Part shown: piece after piece, positions 38,365 through 51,927 of the stretch
How the letters are laid out: the number at the start of each line of letters is the position of its first letter
Position numbering within the stretch: the first letter of the stretch is position 1
Assembly: GCA_951406725.2 (NCBI GenBank)
Contig: OX597839.1
Location: 2,542,001 to 2,606,000, forward strand
Source: Octopus vulgaris
Lineage: Eukaryota
Direction of reading: 5' to 3'
Length of the DNA: 64,000 nucleotides
Notes under the pieces: model-generated
Told to the model about the DNA's origin: nothing
Databases searched by the model: none
Seen by the model: only the letters and a program-made list of their open reading frames with translations
Made by a program: the position numbers and the translations under genes

Positions 38365-39200
38365 GTACAGAGAGAGGGAGAGATAAACACACGCACACAT
38401 TCATATATGTCATATATATATATATATACGTAAACATACATATATATGAATGAGTGTAGGTTTGTGTGTGTGTGTATGTGTATATATATATATATATATA
38501 TAGGTGCAGGAGTGGCTGTGTAGTAAATAGCTTGCTTACCAACCACATGGTTCCAGGTTCAGTTCTACTATATGGCACCTTGAGCAAGTGTTTTCTACTA
38601 TAGCCCCAGGCTGACCAAAGCTTTGTGAGTGGATTTGGTAGATGGAAACAGAAAGAAGCCTGTCATTTCACTAGAATATGGGAGTAAGGAAGATGAAGTA
38701 AAGGACAAGAGATTGATAGAATAAGTACCACACTTGAAATGAAAAAGAAGTCCTGGGGTTGACTGATTCGGCTAAAATTCTTCAATGTGCTGCCCTAGTT
38801 TGGCAGCAGTCTAATTACTGAAAGAAGATAAAAGATGAGCATAGCTGTGTGGTAAGAAGTTTGCTTCCCAACCATATGGTTGTAGGTTCATTCCCACTGC
38901 ATGGCACCTTGGCCAAATATCTTCTACTATAGCCTTGGGCTGACCAAAGCCTTGTGAGTGGATTTGGTAGATGAAAACTGAAAGATGATCATTGCATGCA
39001 CACAGACACACATATATATATATATATACATACACACATATATATGTATGTATGTATGAATGAATGTTGTATGTATGTGTGTATCTTTGTGTCAGTGTTT
39101 GTCCCCCCAACTCTGCTTGAGTACTGGTGTTGATGTGTTTATGTCGCCCCTAACTTAGCAGTTTGGCAAAAGTCATTGATGAAATATGTACCAGGCTTAA

Positions 39201-39249
<49 letters not shown>

Positions 39250-39253
<4 letters not shown>

Positions 39254-39546
39254 GATCAAAAGATCAATAGAAATTGTAGTTGTGATACCAGTGCTGGTGG
39301 CACGTAAAAAGCACCATCCAAACGTGACCGTTGCCAGCCTCACCTGGCACCTGTGCTGGTGGCACATAAAAGGCACCCACTACACTCATGGAGTGGTTGG
39401 CGTTAGGAAGGGCATCCAGCTGTAGAAACACTGCCAGATCAGACTGGAACTTGGTGCAGCCTCCTGGCTTCCCAAACCCCAGTCGAACTGGCCAACCCGT
39501 GCTAGCATGGAAAACGGACGTTAAACGATGATGATGATGATGATGA
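39250..39546 (+). mobile_element. RTE LINE 3' tail fragment
   Basis: One 3'-UTR repeat unit plus the conserved tail and (GAT)n. Confidence 0.85.
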
Positions 39547-39569
39547 TATATATATATATATATATAGCA

Positions 39570-39616
39570 AAAACTGTCCGACGAACGGGAAAGTGAAACT
39601 CAGAGTAACAGGTTTT
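39570..39616 (+). ncRNA. Minimal hammerhead-like motif, second copy of the 7619 family
   Basis: AAAACUGU-CCGACGA-AC-GGGAAA-GU-GAAA-CUCAGAG-UA-ACAGGUUUU. Confidence 0.5.
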
Positions 39617-39651
39617 GTTGAATTTCTGCTGCTTTGAAATAAAGTATATAT

Positions 39652-40050
39652 AGGCGCAGGAGTGGCTGTGTGGTAAGTAGCTTGCTAACCAACCACATGG
39701 TTCCGGGTTCAGTCCCACTGTGTGGCATCTTGGGCAAGTGTCTTCTGCTATAGCCCCGGGCCGACCAATGCCTTGTGAGTGGATTTGGTAGACGGAAACT
39801 GAAAGAAGCCTGTCGTATATATATATATATATATATGTGTGTGTATGTGTGTGTTTGTCCCTCTAACATTGCTTGACAACCAATGCTGGTGTGTTTACGT
39901 CCCCGTCACTTAGCGGTTCGGCAAAAGAGACCGATAGAATAAGTACTGGGCTTACAAAGAATAAGTCCTGGGATCGATTTGCTCGACTGAAAGGCGGTGC
40001 TCCAGCATGGCCGCAGTCAAATGACTGAAACAAGTAAAAGAGAAAGAAAG
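39652..40050 (+). mobile_element. SINE family A, young copy
   Basis: Starts GGCGCAGGAGTGGCTGTGTGG; full consensus. Confidence 0.85.
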
Positions 40051-40054
40051 AGAA

Positions 40055-40102
<48 letters not shown>

Positions 40103-41764
40103 TGGGGGGTGATAAACAGAGAGGGAGACAGAGGTAGTTGGAGTGAGTAAAGGAACAACTTAACGAGTTTGGGAAACAGTCCGAGAGACAGGTAGACAGG
40201 TAAACAGGCAGACAATCGATCAGATTTTAAATAACCGAATGGACCGATGGGCAGATGGACACACAGACAGACATGACTTTTTTTCTTTTAAATATAAAAA
40301 TAAAAAACTTATAAAATATAAAAGTCCTTCAACAGATGAAGATAAAATTTTAAAAAATGGAAATAATTTTCTTTTTTTTTTCTTCTTTTAGATTTGTTTT
40401 TGAGAAACACTGTTTTTGAAGAAAATTTCTTTTGGAAAAGTCAAGAACGTGTTCCTTGTGGCAAACCTCCAGGGTTTTAAATGGTGGAATTAGGGACTAA
40501 AATAGTGAAGTACAATCAACAGATTAGTAGAAAAGAAGAGAGTATATATAGGAAATGTGGTAGTTGTGGAGGTCGTGGTTGTATTGGTGGTGATGGGTAG
40601 CTGTGGTGGTGATAGGTAGTTGTGGTGGTGATGGGTAGTGTGATGGTGGTGGTTGACATTAGTGGTTATGGTAGTTGTGATTGTAGTGGTGGTGGTATTT
40701 GCTGTTGTAGTGGTGGTGATGTTGTGGTGGTAGTAGTGGTAATGATGTTATTAGTAGTGGTGTGGGTGGTGGCGGTGGCAGCACCAGCGGCTGTGGTATC
40801 AGTAGTAGTAGTAGTAGTAGTAGTAGGCTTGGTGCCAAAAGGTAGTCAGGACAAACTTTTCTATAGTCTGGCAGCCAAATGAGAGAGAGAGAGAGAGGAG
40901 AACAATAGGATTTACGATGACATAACGTGGATAGAGAAGAGGGTGGCAAGGGTGTTTGTGTGTGGGAAGGTGACAGTGGGGAACTTTTTTGTGAGGAGGG
41001 GGAAGGAGGGGCAGGATATGAGAGAGAGAGAGAAGGGGAGGGAAGGAGAGTAATGAATGTGAGAGAAGCGACAAGGCATGGCATGGGAGCATATGTGTTG
41101 GCCATGCTAACTATACCTACTGTCACCTACAAACTATCCTGGGGGGTTTTTTGTAATAAAAGTAATAATGGTTTCTAATTTTGGCACAAGGCCAGTAATT
41201 TAGAGGGGTGGCTGGGGAGAAGGGGGTGCAATTCAATTAGATTGACTCCAGAACTTGATGGATAATTATTTTATTAACCCTGAAAGGATGAAAGGCAAGT
41301 TTGAACTCGGAATGTGAAGATAGAGGAGATGACGCGAAGCATTTTATCTGGTGCTGCCAGCTTGCCGCCTTAATAATAATAATAATAATAATAATAGCAT
41401 CTCTGATCACGAGCAGAAGTAGTGGGGGAGCATCATAGCCATGTGTTGAGGGATTCTTTGGGGTTTGAATAATTCACCTCTGGAAACATGGGTGGTTCTT
41501 TCAACATCCTTAAACAACCCTTATTCAGAGACCTTTTGAGCAGGATGGGCTACTGAACCTGAAGAAAATTCTAACTGGGCCCCACCTGCAAGGTCATGTG
41601 CTGTTTATCTTGATATGAGATCACCATGTTGTGCACATATGGTTGTGATGCATGTGCCTGGTATACCCTTATCAGACAGGTAGTCATGATGGGTATATTG
41701 GGCTTCGTATATTTTACCCTAGTGTCACTTTGATGGCATGAACTGCTCTCTCACACAATAATAA

Positions 41765-42060
41765 TAATATTGAAAGACTTCAGACAAAAAACATGCCTCC
41801 TCATTGATATGACTGTCCCAATCGATATAAACGTATCTGTCAAGACCTACCAAAAACTGAGCAAATACAAAGATCTTGAAATAGAAATCAGCAAAATGTA
41901 GAACCTGAAGACTAAAACAATACCTGTTGTCATAGATGCCCTGGGAATGATAGCAAAAGGGGCTGATTGCTACCTAACACAGATACCAGGAAACCTCAAA
42001 ATGGCAGAAATTCAAAAGATAGTGCTCATATGCTACGCAAAATACTTTCTATGTAATCTC
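41765..42060 (+). mobile_element. R4/Dong-like non-LTR retrotransposon, restriction-like endonuclease fragment
   Basis: ILKDFRQKTCLLIDMTVPIDINVSVKTYQKLSKYKDLEIEISKM*NLKTKTIPVVIDALG; starts at a (TAA)n tract. Confidence 0.75.
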
Positions 42061-42109
42061 AAGTTTTAAAACAAACATAATTTTCGTATGGTTTTTTAGA
42101 CATTTTTAT

Positions 42110-42382
42110 GGTTGAAATACACCGAAAAATGGTGACACAGCAGTCAAAAAATCATTGAAAAATAGGGATTTTCATAGAAAAAAAGCACCTTTTTGATGTA
42201 AATAATTTTTGGTGTTAACATGGTCCAATTTGAATTTTTCCTTCTACGGAAGGAAGAGCAAGCCTTCTTCTATCATACTCTCAATTTTGGTCAACTTGTG
42301 CCGCAGGGTCTCGGAGGAGATAGTGTTAGTTGAAGGCTACCAAACCTGCCACACACAGACAACTTCAGCTTTATATATAGAG
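42110..42382 (+). mobile_element. Helitron-like 3' end fragment
   Basis: Ends CACACACAGACAACTTCAGCTTTATATATAGAG, like the 15474-15850 terminus. Confidence 0.4.
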
Positions 42383-42424
<42 letters not shown>

Positions 42425-43046
42425 TGACTTTGTCTCTTTTGTATCTTCTTCCTAGATGAGCTACCTTCCCTGTCATTACTTTGCAGTTACTATAGTATCA
42501 GTCATCTTGTAATGCCTGTCACCGGAACCTACCATAGCAACTGAGAGAGCGGCAAAAGTGTTGTATGAGCTTTTTGTCTCTTAAATCCAATGACGTACGG
42601 ATGTCTTGCTATCATTTCATTTCTTGATCCGTTTTGTATTTTTTAAAGTCCTATGGCAATGAATGTGTGGCCTGGAAAGTCATATCCACACACATGCAGG
42701 GATGAAAGTAAATTGGAACCATCACGATGAATGTGAGACAGCTATCATCTGACAAGAAAAGGCAATTATCATACACACACACACACACACACACAAACAC
42801 ACACACGTGTGTGCATGCGTATATATGAACATGTTTCTTTATGTCAAAAAAATGAAAGAGGAATGCTTCGTACATGCTGTCATGCATCTAAAGTTTCATG
42901 CTATTGTGATCGGAAGCATGAAGCTTGAATTACAAAGACAAGCTTATAGCTTTGGTTTCAATTAAAAATTCTGTGTGTGTGTGTGTACATAGATGTGTTT
43001 ACATGTATGCATACATATGTATATATGAGTGTGTGTTTGTGTGTGT

Positions 43047-43080
<34 letters not shown>

Positions 43081-43082
<2 letters not shown>

Positions 43083-43544
43083 CATCATCATCATCATTGT
43101 TTAACGTCCACTTTCCATGCTAGCATGGGTTGGACGGTTCAACTGGAGTCTGGGAAGCCCGAAGGCTGCACCAGGCCAGTCTGATCTGGCAGTGTTTCTA
43201 CAGCTGGATGACCTTCCTGACGCCAACCACTCCGTGAGTGTAGTGGGTGCTTTTTATGTGCCACCGACACAGGTGCCAGACGAGGCTGGCGAACGGCCAC
43301 GCTCGGATGGTGCTTTTTACGTGCCACTGGCACGGAGGCCAGACGAGGCTGGCACGGCCACGATCGAATGGTGTTTGTTATGTGCCACCAGCATGGAAGC
43401 CAGTCAATGCGGTGCTGGCTACGGCCACGTTCGGATGGTTCTCTTATGTGCCACCGGCACTGGTACCACAAACTACAAATTCCATTGATGTTGATCGATT
43501 TCGATTTTGATTTGATTTTTTGATTCTTAGATTTTCACTTGCCT

Positions 43545-43546
<2 letters not shown>
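43081..43546 (-). mobile_element. RTE LINE 3' UTR fragment
   Basis: Reverse complement of about 14637-15306, with fewer and more diverged repeat units; flanked by (TA)n on both sides. Confidence 0.9.
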
Positions 43547-43643
<97 letters not shown>

Positions 43644-44387
43644 ATTGACTTATGTATCTACATGTGTATGTATTTATGCGTGCATGTGTGTAATCCACGC
43701 CAGCATGGTAGAAATATTGCAGTAATGTAGACAGTCACATATATAGATGCTTGTGTACACATCCAGTTGTATGCTTAGTCGAGTTCAAATTCCGCCAAGG
43801 TTAACTTTGCCTTTCATCCTTTCGGGGTTGATAAATTTAGCACCAGTTGCATACTGGGGTCGAACTAATCGACTGGCCCCTCCCCCAAAATTTCAGGCCT
43901 TGCGCCTAGAGTAGAAAAGAATTTTAACAGGATCTCTAAACAAAATAAGATCTGATCAGGAAAAGCCTTTTATCCTTTTTCCCTTGGTGATGAATAAAGT
44001 ATTTAGCCTAAACTTTTAGATGACTTCACTTTCTCACAGCAAAATAAAACAAAATTATTCCACGTTACCAATTCTTTGTACTTCTTATTTGATTAGCCGT
44101 TCTTTATTGATTCCACAGAGAAACGACATGAATACACGGACATTGTTTCCTTGGTTTTTAGTAGCAGATAAAATCAGATTTTTGGTATTTGTGTTTATTT
44201 CTATAATAAACTACAAAGAAGAATCAAGGGAGAAAGGATTAGGGAATTAGATAATAAACCATGGGAATTAGGTTGGTTGTGATAAAAGCTAGAAAGTTGA
44301 TAAGTATCCATGATAACAAAATAATATATTTATACTAAATATATATTTTTAGGTGCATATATATTTATACAATATATATTTATGGTC

Positions 44388-44866
44388 CTTTCTACTATAG
44401 GCAGAAGACCTAAAATTCTGAAGAAAGGTACTAGTCAATTACATTGACCCCAGTTTTAGTGCTACTTATTTCATTGACTCCGAAAGGATGAAAGGTAAAG
44501 TCGACCTCAGTGGAATTTGAACTCAGAACATAACAACAGACAAAATGCCGCTAAACATTTTGCCCAACATGCTAACAACTCTGCCAGCTCACCACCTTAA
44601 TAATAAAAATGATAATAATAATAATAATCCTTTCTACTATAGGTACAAGGCCTCAAATTCTGGAGGAGGGGATGAGTCAATAACATCAAACCCAGTGCAT
44701 AACTGGTACTTAGTTTATCGACCTCGAAAGGATGAGAGGCAAAGTCAACCCCAGCAGTATTTAAACTCAGAACATGGAGACAAACAAAATACTGCTAAGC
44801 ATTTTGTCCAACATACTAACAATTCTGCCAGCTCACCATCTTAATAATAACAATGAACAATGATAA

Positions 44867-44909
<43 letters not shown>

Positions 44910-45360
44910 TCTTCTATAGGTACAAGACGTAAAATTTTGAAAGGAGAGGTTAAGCAACTGCATCTATCCCAGTGCTTAACAAGGACTTATTTTATTGACT
45001 CCAAAAGGATGAAAGGCAAAGTTGACATCAGCAGAAGTTGAATGCAGAACATAAAGACATAATATCACTAAGCATTTTGTCTGGCATGCTAACAATTTCA
45101 AATTCTAGCACAAGACCACCAGTTATGGGGGATGGAGCCAGTTGATGCAATCAACCCCAATACTCAGCTGGTACTTATTTTATCAACCCCAAAAGGATGA
45201 AAGCTAAAGTTGGCCATGGTGAAATTTGAACTCACAACATACAGATGGACAAAATATCACTAGACATTTTTGTCCAGCATGTTAACACTTCTGCCTAAAA
45301 ATAATCCTTTCTACTAAAGACACAGGGCCTGAAATGTCGGGGAAGAGGACTAGTCAAGTA
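44388..45360 (-). mobile_element. Head-to-tail array of 4-5 SINE family B copies
   Basis: Repeated CCTTTCTACTATAGG...AAGGATGAAAGG..AAGTC/TGAC...GCATTTTG units separated by (TAA)n. Confidence 0.75.
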
Positions 45361-45620
45361 AATGGACCCTGATTTTGAAATCGGTTAAACAGACCCTGTT
45401 TTTGAAGTTGAAATTTCAGGGGAGAGGACTAGTCAAGTAAACGGACCCTGATTTTGAAATCGGTTAAACAGACCCTGTTTTTGAAGTTGAAATTTCAGGG
45501 GAGAGGACTAGTCAAGTAAACGGACCCTGATTTTGAAATCGGTTAAACAGACCCTGTTTTTGAAGTTGAAATTTCAGGGGAGAGGACTAGTCAAGTAAAC
45601 GGACCCTGTTTTTGAAGTTG
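45340..45620. repeat. 79-bp tandem repeat, about 3.5 copies
   Basis: GAGGACTAGTCAAGTAAA at 45345, 45424, 45503, 45582. Confidence 0.9.
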
Positions 45621-45871
45621 GCTAATTTCCATACAGAATGTTAAAAATAGTTTAGAATCTTTAATCTTAGGAATTTCTTTATGGAAGAGTCTTGGAGTGA
45701 CTGTCATGTAATATATATTAAGATGTGAGAAGAGTGGGAAAGTAGGGAGGGAGGGGTTGGGACGAAGAGAAAGAAGTCAGAAAGAGAAAAGGGAGAGCCA
45801 GATGCAATCAGAGAAAGATTTCATTTTCTGCATTCAATCACTTATCGTGATTAGCTAGATTCATATGATCA

Positions 45872-45912
<41 letters not shown>

Positions 45913-46181
45913 TAAATGCACCAACATATAAACACAAACAGAAACATATGTATGTATAAATAAATATATATATGCATATATGTATGTGTGTATGAGCATG
46001 TGTATATAGGTATGTGTATGTGAATGCATGCATGTATATATATATATATATATATATATTAGATAGATAGATCTACATATGTAGGTACATGCATATATAT
46101 ATATATATGTATGTGTGTATGAGTATGTGTATATAGGTATGTGTATGTGAATGCATTACGATTAGTGAATGCATGTGTGTG

Positions 46182-46216
<35 letters not shown>

Positions 46217-46744
46217 TAGATAGATAGATCTACATATGTATGTATATGCACATGTGTGTGTGTGTGTGTGTGAGCTACCAACTGTTTTCTCTGCATCACC
46301 ATCACTCCCCCACCATCAACCTTAATATTTATAGGTCTGTCATAGGCATCACTAGTTACATCCTTCCATAAATCAATTTACACCCTCTCCTCCACCCCCT
46401 TAACCTCTGGTCATTTCTAACACAAAAAAGACAGGTTGAAATCCCAAGTAATCCCACTTGGTCTTGGATTACTGAATGCCTGGAGAGCCGGTAAGTCGGA
46501 CCACGGAATCTTCTGGTAAGTTCCAAACAGAACATTTAATTTTGCCATTGCTTTAATCCTATTTCTCTCACTATTTATCAACTTGAATTGGTATCATTTA
46601 TATATTTCCTATTTATTATTTTAGCAAGCAAGACTACATTATCAAACGTGTCTCTCCTTTTTTTCGACCCTTTTACTGCATAAATCAGGTAATGCCAATC
46701 AAAATTTCATTACCTTCAACTGCTGAAAGCAGTTTTAGATGTCT

Positions 46745-47170
46745 TGCAAACAACTTGCACATGCAAGTGCTACCAATCAAAAGCTCTGCATACCGAAAGC
46801 CAGCAAGTGTATAGGGTCATCAGGAGAGAATGCATGCTGTTTCAGGGCCTACCTCTTGATGGCATCAATGCGCACTGGCCCCCATCCCTCACTGATATGA
46901 GGCCCCACTTGCTAGATCAGCTGGTTATCAAACAAAGCTCAATATTCTTCTAGCCATCGCTCATCGTCTCTTTTTAACCAAATCCAGTGGCTAGCCTTCT
47001 CCACAGTAGTTTGGATATCGGTCATGGTGGTATTGACTTTACAATTAGTTAGGCCTAACGATAACAACAGTCGTCTCACGCTGTGTCCGACGAACACTCT
47101 ACATCCAACTTCGATTGGAAAATGTTCTGCTTTCCAACCTGCGTCTTCACATTTCACGAGGAGGTTTACA
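46745..47170 (-). mobile_element. Hero/NeSL-like RLE non-LTR retrotransposon 3' fragment
   Basis: CEDAGWKAEHFPIEVGCRVFVGHS...VEKASHWIWLKR matches the PxEVGCRGF...AEKASxWxWLKR C-terminus as recalled for Hero-like elements. Confidence 0.65.
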
Positions 47171-47371
47171 TATCAATCTTTTCTTTTGCTGAAGAATGTC
47201 GTGTTATTTTTGTTATTTTCATTTTTTCTTTGGAGATGTGTTAAGTTTACTGAGGCAGTTTCTATATTTTGGTAGATATTTAACATCATTACATGAATTA
47301 TTATGAAACTTAATTTCATAGTTAAACAGTTAAAATACATCATTTTGAGAGAGATTTGGCTGCCATTTTCC

Positions 47372-47755
47372 AGTGGCTGTGTGGTAAGTAGCTTGCTAAC
47401 CAACCACATGGTTCCGGGTTCAGTCCCACTGCGTGGCATCTTGGGCAAGTGTCTTCTGCTATAGCCCCGGGCCGACCAATGCTTTGTGAGTGGATTTGGT
47501 AGACGGAAACTGAAAGAAGCCTGTCGTATATATGTATATATGTGTATGTGTGTGTGTTTGTCCCCCTAGCATTGCTTGACAACCGATGCTGGTGTGTTTA
47601 CGTCCCCGTCACTTAGCGGTTCGGCAAAAGAGACCGATAGAATAAGTAATGGGCTTACAAAGAATATGTCCCGGGGTCGATTTGCTCGACTAAAGGCGGT
47701 GCTCCAGCATGGCCACAGTCAAATGACTGAAACAAGTAAAAGAGTAAAAGAGTAA
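47372..47755 (+). mobile_element. SINE family A
   Basis: Full consensus with (GAGTAAAA)n tail. Confidence 0.85.
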
Positions 47756-48078
47756 CCATATGGAGACACTGTCAGTGATAGTGATTTTACAGATGAAACT
47801 TAAAAGAAAATAAGAACAAATACAAGATGGATCTTGTGTCAATTATGACAAGTTTTCCAGTTTCTGCAATGAATAGAACTTACTGCATTAATGGTTAAGT
47901 GGCTGAGTATTCCAAAGAAATGTGTACTTTTAAAGTAAGCTTCATGTGGGACAGTGTATGATAGATTGGAGCCTTTGTATTAATAGTACAGTTTGCCTCA
48001 AATTATAGTGTAAGAAGCTAAGTATTTTAAGGATCTACCAAAATGAATTTGGGAGATGGAATCTGTGTGTAAGGCATT

Positions 48079-48119
<41 letters not shown>

Positions 48120-49181
48120 ATGCGTGTGTGTACAGCTCCATAAAGAAGTGCTGATCACTCAAAATGGATGGAACTCATGAAGACATGGAACAAAATACTG
48201 AAGTTCCACACAAAAAAATATCTACCCTCTATTTACCAACCATTACGATGAAATTCATTAAATAAATTCAGAAAATTACAATGTTTTCTTGGCAAACTCA
48301 ATATTTTTTTTTTAAAGTTTTTTTACATTAAGCTTTTATCTCTCTCTCTCTCTTTCTTTCTGATTTTATTGTTTTTTTTATTAAGTATTTTAATTTTCTT
48401 TTGCTTTGTAATTATTAGTCTATTGTTGCAATAATAGTTTGTTGAACAAAAACATAACAGACAGGAAGAGTGGAGAGGGAGGGGAATTGAAAGTAAAAAA
48501 AAAACAAAAAAAAAACATAAGAATTGGTTAACAAACTGCCTGAAAACTGACGGTTCAATTAGCATGGATGTCTGGAGGAAGTAGTAGTATGTCTGTCTAA
48601 AAATAAAGAGAAGGAAAGAGAGAGAAAGAGACAAAAAGGAAGAGAGAGTAAGAGAAGAAGAGGATAAGAGAGAGAACGTGATGTGAGAAGAGAGAGACAG
48701 AGAGAGCGGGAATAAAGAAGAAAAAGACAGCAAGAACAAAAATTATTCATCAGCTGCCATTTTCATCCATTTATCATCCATTGTGGCAAGGGCTGGACCC
48801 GATTTTTTTTTGTAAGGCAGAGTTTTCTCGCAGGATGTCCTTCCTGTCACCAACCCTATTAGTTACCTCTTACAACATGCAGGGATATGGTGCACCACCT
48901 ATTCTAGAACAGGGATACACACAAGCAAAGGAACCAGATACAGTACAAGACCTCCTATCTGGCTTCCAGAAATCCAAGAATACCAAGCAATGCTCCCAGT
49001 ATTGAGTAACAGACCTTGTTCTTGAAGTTGGTTAATTTACATACAGAATGTTTAAAATAGTTTAGTTGTTTACCTTTTTTTAAGTGGATTGATAAAGATT
49101 AAACATACTCTGTCTTACAATTGTATTAATTTGTACCTGTATTTTAGAAGATTTTTATTTTTCTTTGTTTAAAAGCACCAT

Positions 49182-49585
49182 AGGCGCAGGAGTGGCTGTG
49201 TGGTAAGTAGCTTGTTTACCAACCACATGGTTCCGGGTTCAGTCCCACTGCGTGACACCTTGGGCAAGTGTCTCCTACTATGGCCTCGGGCCGACCAATG
49301 CCTTGTGAGTGGATTTGGTAGATGGAAACTGAAAGAAGCCTGTCGTATATATGTACATATATATATGCGTTTGTGTGTATGTGTTTGCCCCCCTAGCATT
49401 GCTTGATATCCGATGCTGGTGTGTTTATGTCCCCGTCACTTAGCGGTTCAGCAAAAGAGACCGATAGAATAAGTACTGGGCTTACAAAAGAATAAGTCCT
49501 GGGGTCGATTTGTTCGACTAAAGGCGGTGCTCCAGCATGGCCGCAGTCAAATGACTGAAACAAGTAAAAAAGAGAAAAAAGAGTA
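49182..49585 (+). mobile_element. SINE family A
   Basis: Full consensus. Confidence 0.85.
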
Positions 49586-49661
49586 TTCAAACGTGATCGT
49601 TACCAGTGTCGCATTACTGGCAGGTGAAAAACATTAGTTTAATGCTTAAAAAGTGAAGAGC

Positions 49662-49695
49662 CTTGATGTTTCAGATGTTAGTTCTTCATCAAAAG
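49662..49695 (-). ncRNA. Degenerate minimal hammerhead-like motif
   Basis: CUU-UUGAUGA-AGA-ACUAACA-UCU-GAAAC-AUC-AAG. Confidence 0.4.
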
Positions 49696-50825
49696 AATGA
49701 TAGAAAAAAGCACAAAAAAAAACAGAGAAAAAGGTGATTAGTAAAACTTTCTCTCTGTGTGGTGTGTGTGTGTCTGTGAGTGAGCGTGCATGAGTGTGTT
49801 TGTGTGCATGTATAGATGTGTATATAAATATATGTAGTAGCAGCAGCAGCATTCTTACATACACGTTTCTTGAGTGGTAAGAGTTAGACGAAACTTAATG
49901 AGGCAGTTACACTATGACCAATTGCTCCTCTTGGTACTAACCCACACTTATATCTACGGGGGAACATAAAGAGCGACCACAACACTTTGGTGTGAATGAA
50001 AACATGTGGATTCAACTTACACACACAAGTTAAGGCCGACACAGTTGACTGGACAAGTCTAGTGGTAGTACTAATCAATCAATGCTCTGAATGTTTTCTG
50101 TCAAGTGTTTGTACAGAATGAACATGTGGTTAAATTTAGAACCTTCTGTACGTTTCCTGCTACATCCGTGCATTAGTGTCATGTGGAAAATTTTGCACCT
50201 AAAATGAAGGCCGACACGGTTTAGTGAACATGCTTACTTACAATCAAGGCATAATCAAAAGTAAAAAAAAACAATCAAAGTCTGTCAAAAATTCCTCACA
50301 AGTGCTAAACTACCCTCCACAACTCCTACGCAAACAGTCAAAAAGTGTGGCTGCCCCACTTGTGGGACTTGTATCAATTAGTACTTTTTGGTTATCTCAC
50401 CCCCATTAAAAAATTGGGTTATCTATTTACGAGAAATATCGGTTCTTCCAGGATATTCTCCCAGCATTGTCTATTTTCTCTCCTACCTGGCCTTAAGGCC
50501 TTATTTTGTTCGCTTATTTATTTCATTTCATTTGTAGGCTCACAGTCCCATTTGTTTTCTTCTCTGTCCCGCATGATTCCACTAATTGTCTCATTTTGGA
50601 GTACATACATCCCACATTTGTATGTTAACTGTCTGAATTGCATTCTTGTCCAAACCTTTTTTGTCTTGTTTCTAATTTTCCCTCACCAACAGCCAGCGGT
50701 GTGTGCCATCGGCACCACTAGTGGGGATGCAATATTATCAGTTAAGCACAAAATTGCAATTGACCTACTGACCTGATGATTGAGGAGTTGGCATCCATCT
50801 ACGTCTGCTTCCCATCTATTTGTGC

Positions 50826-51155
50826 ATTTATTTATTTTTTTTCTCTCTAGTTTCAGCTCAGAGCTGTGGCCATGCTGATACACCACCGTTTTGCTACCCT
50901 GTTATTACTAAGAGCCTCCTCTATTATGTGGCACTTGGTGAAGAATAGAGTTTGATATAGCTACCCTCATTTGCACCTCTTGCATTGTGAGGTAGGTTCA
51001 TCTGGGACTCTTGACAGGAAGAAGTCCAGCTTTGATTTAAAAATCCTTACATCTTCTTTGTGCAAGTACCTCAGACTCTTTGGGAGAATATTAAAAAGCT
51101 GTGGGCCCCTGACACCCAGGCTGTTGCAGTAACTGGTCCTGAAGCATGATGGCGT
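50826..51155 (-). mobile_element. CR1-like LINE 3' end whose tail matches SINE family A
   Basis: Minus strand reads FRTSYCNSLGVRGPQLFNILPKSLR...FKSKLDFFLSRVPDEP; 3' UTR ends GGTGGTGTATCAGCATGGCCACAGCTCTGAGCTGAAAC plus an A-rich tail. Confidence 0.75.
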
Positions 51156-51195
51156 TATTATATATTCTTTAACTTAATATGTGTGTGTGTGTGTG

Positions 51196-51262
<67 letters not shown>

Positions 51263-51927
51263 GTATTTAGCATTAACAGTCAGGAAGAAGAGTACTCAGT
51301 GTCAGAGTAGGGACTAATAATATAATTTATTTGGGTTGAGTCAATCTCTGGCTACTCTGAGTTTTACCAGTAAGTGCACAAGAATTTAAGCAAGTTATGG
51401 TAGTCATGACTCGCTTGAAGATCCTGTCCCCTTACTTGTGAAACTCAGGGAAATAGGAGACTGATTAGACCAAAATAAAATATCATCTAAGTTTCTACAC
51501 AGTTTCTGTCAACAAATTCCAATCACAAGGTACCTCAATAGCAGAAAAAAAAAATGTTGAAGATGACAAACAGTGGGACTGAACTTGGAACGATGTGACT
51601 GCAAAACAACCACACACCTATCCCTGTACCCCTCCACACCTGCATCTAACATATGTGTGTGCTTGTGTATGTATATACACATGAGTATTTATGTATGTAT
51701 AGGTGTGTGTGTGTGTGTGTGTACATATAAGTTTGTGTCTGTGTAAGATATATATGTATATATATATACACACTCACGGAGTGGTTGGCGTTAGGAAGGG
51801 CATCCAGCTGTAGAAACACTGCCAGATCAGACTGGGCCTGGTGCAGCCTCCTGGCTTCTCAGACCCTGGTCAAACCGTCCATTGGAAAACGGATGTTAAC
51901 GATGATGATGATATATATATATATATA

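Noticed and set aside
46800-46870. GAAAC and CTGATGA motifs in the Hero-like 3' UTR (minus strand)
   Set aside because: Could not build the three hammerhead stems around them.
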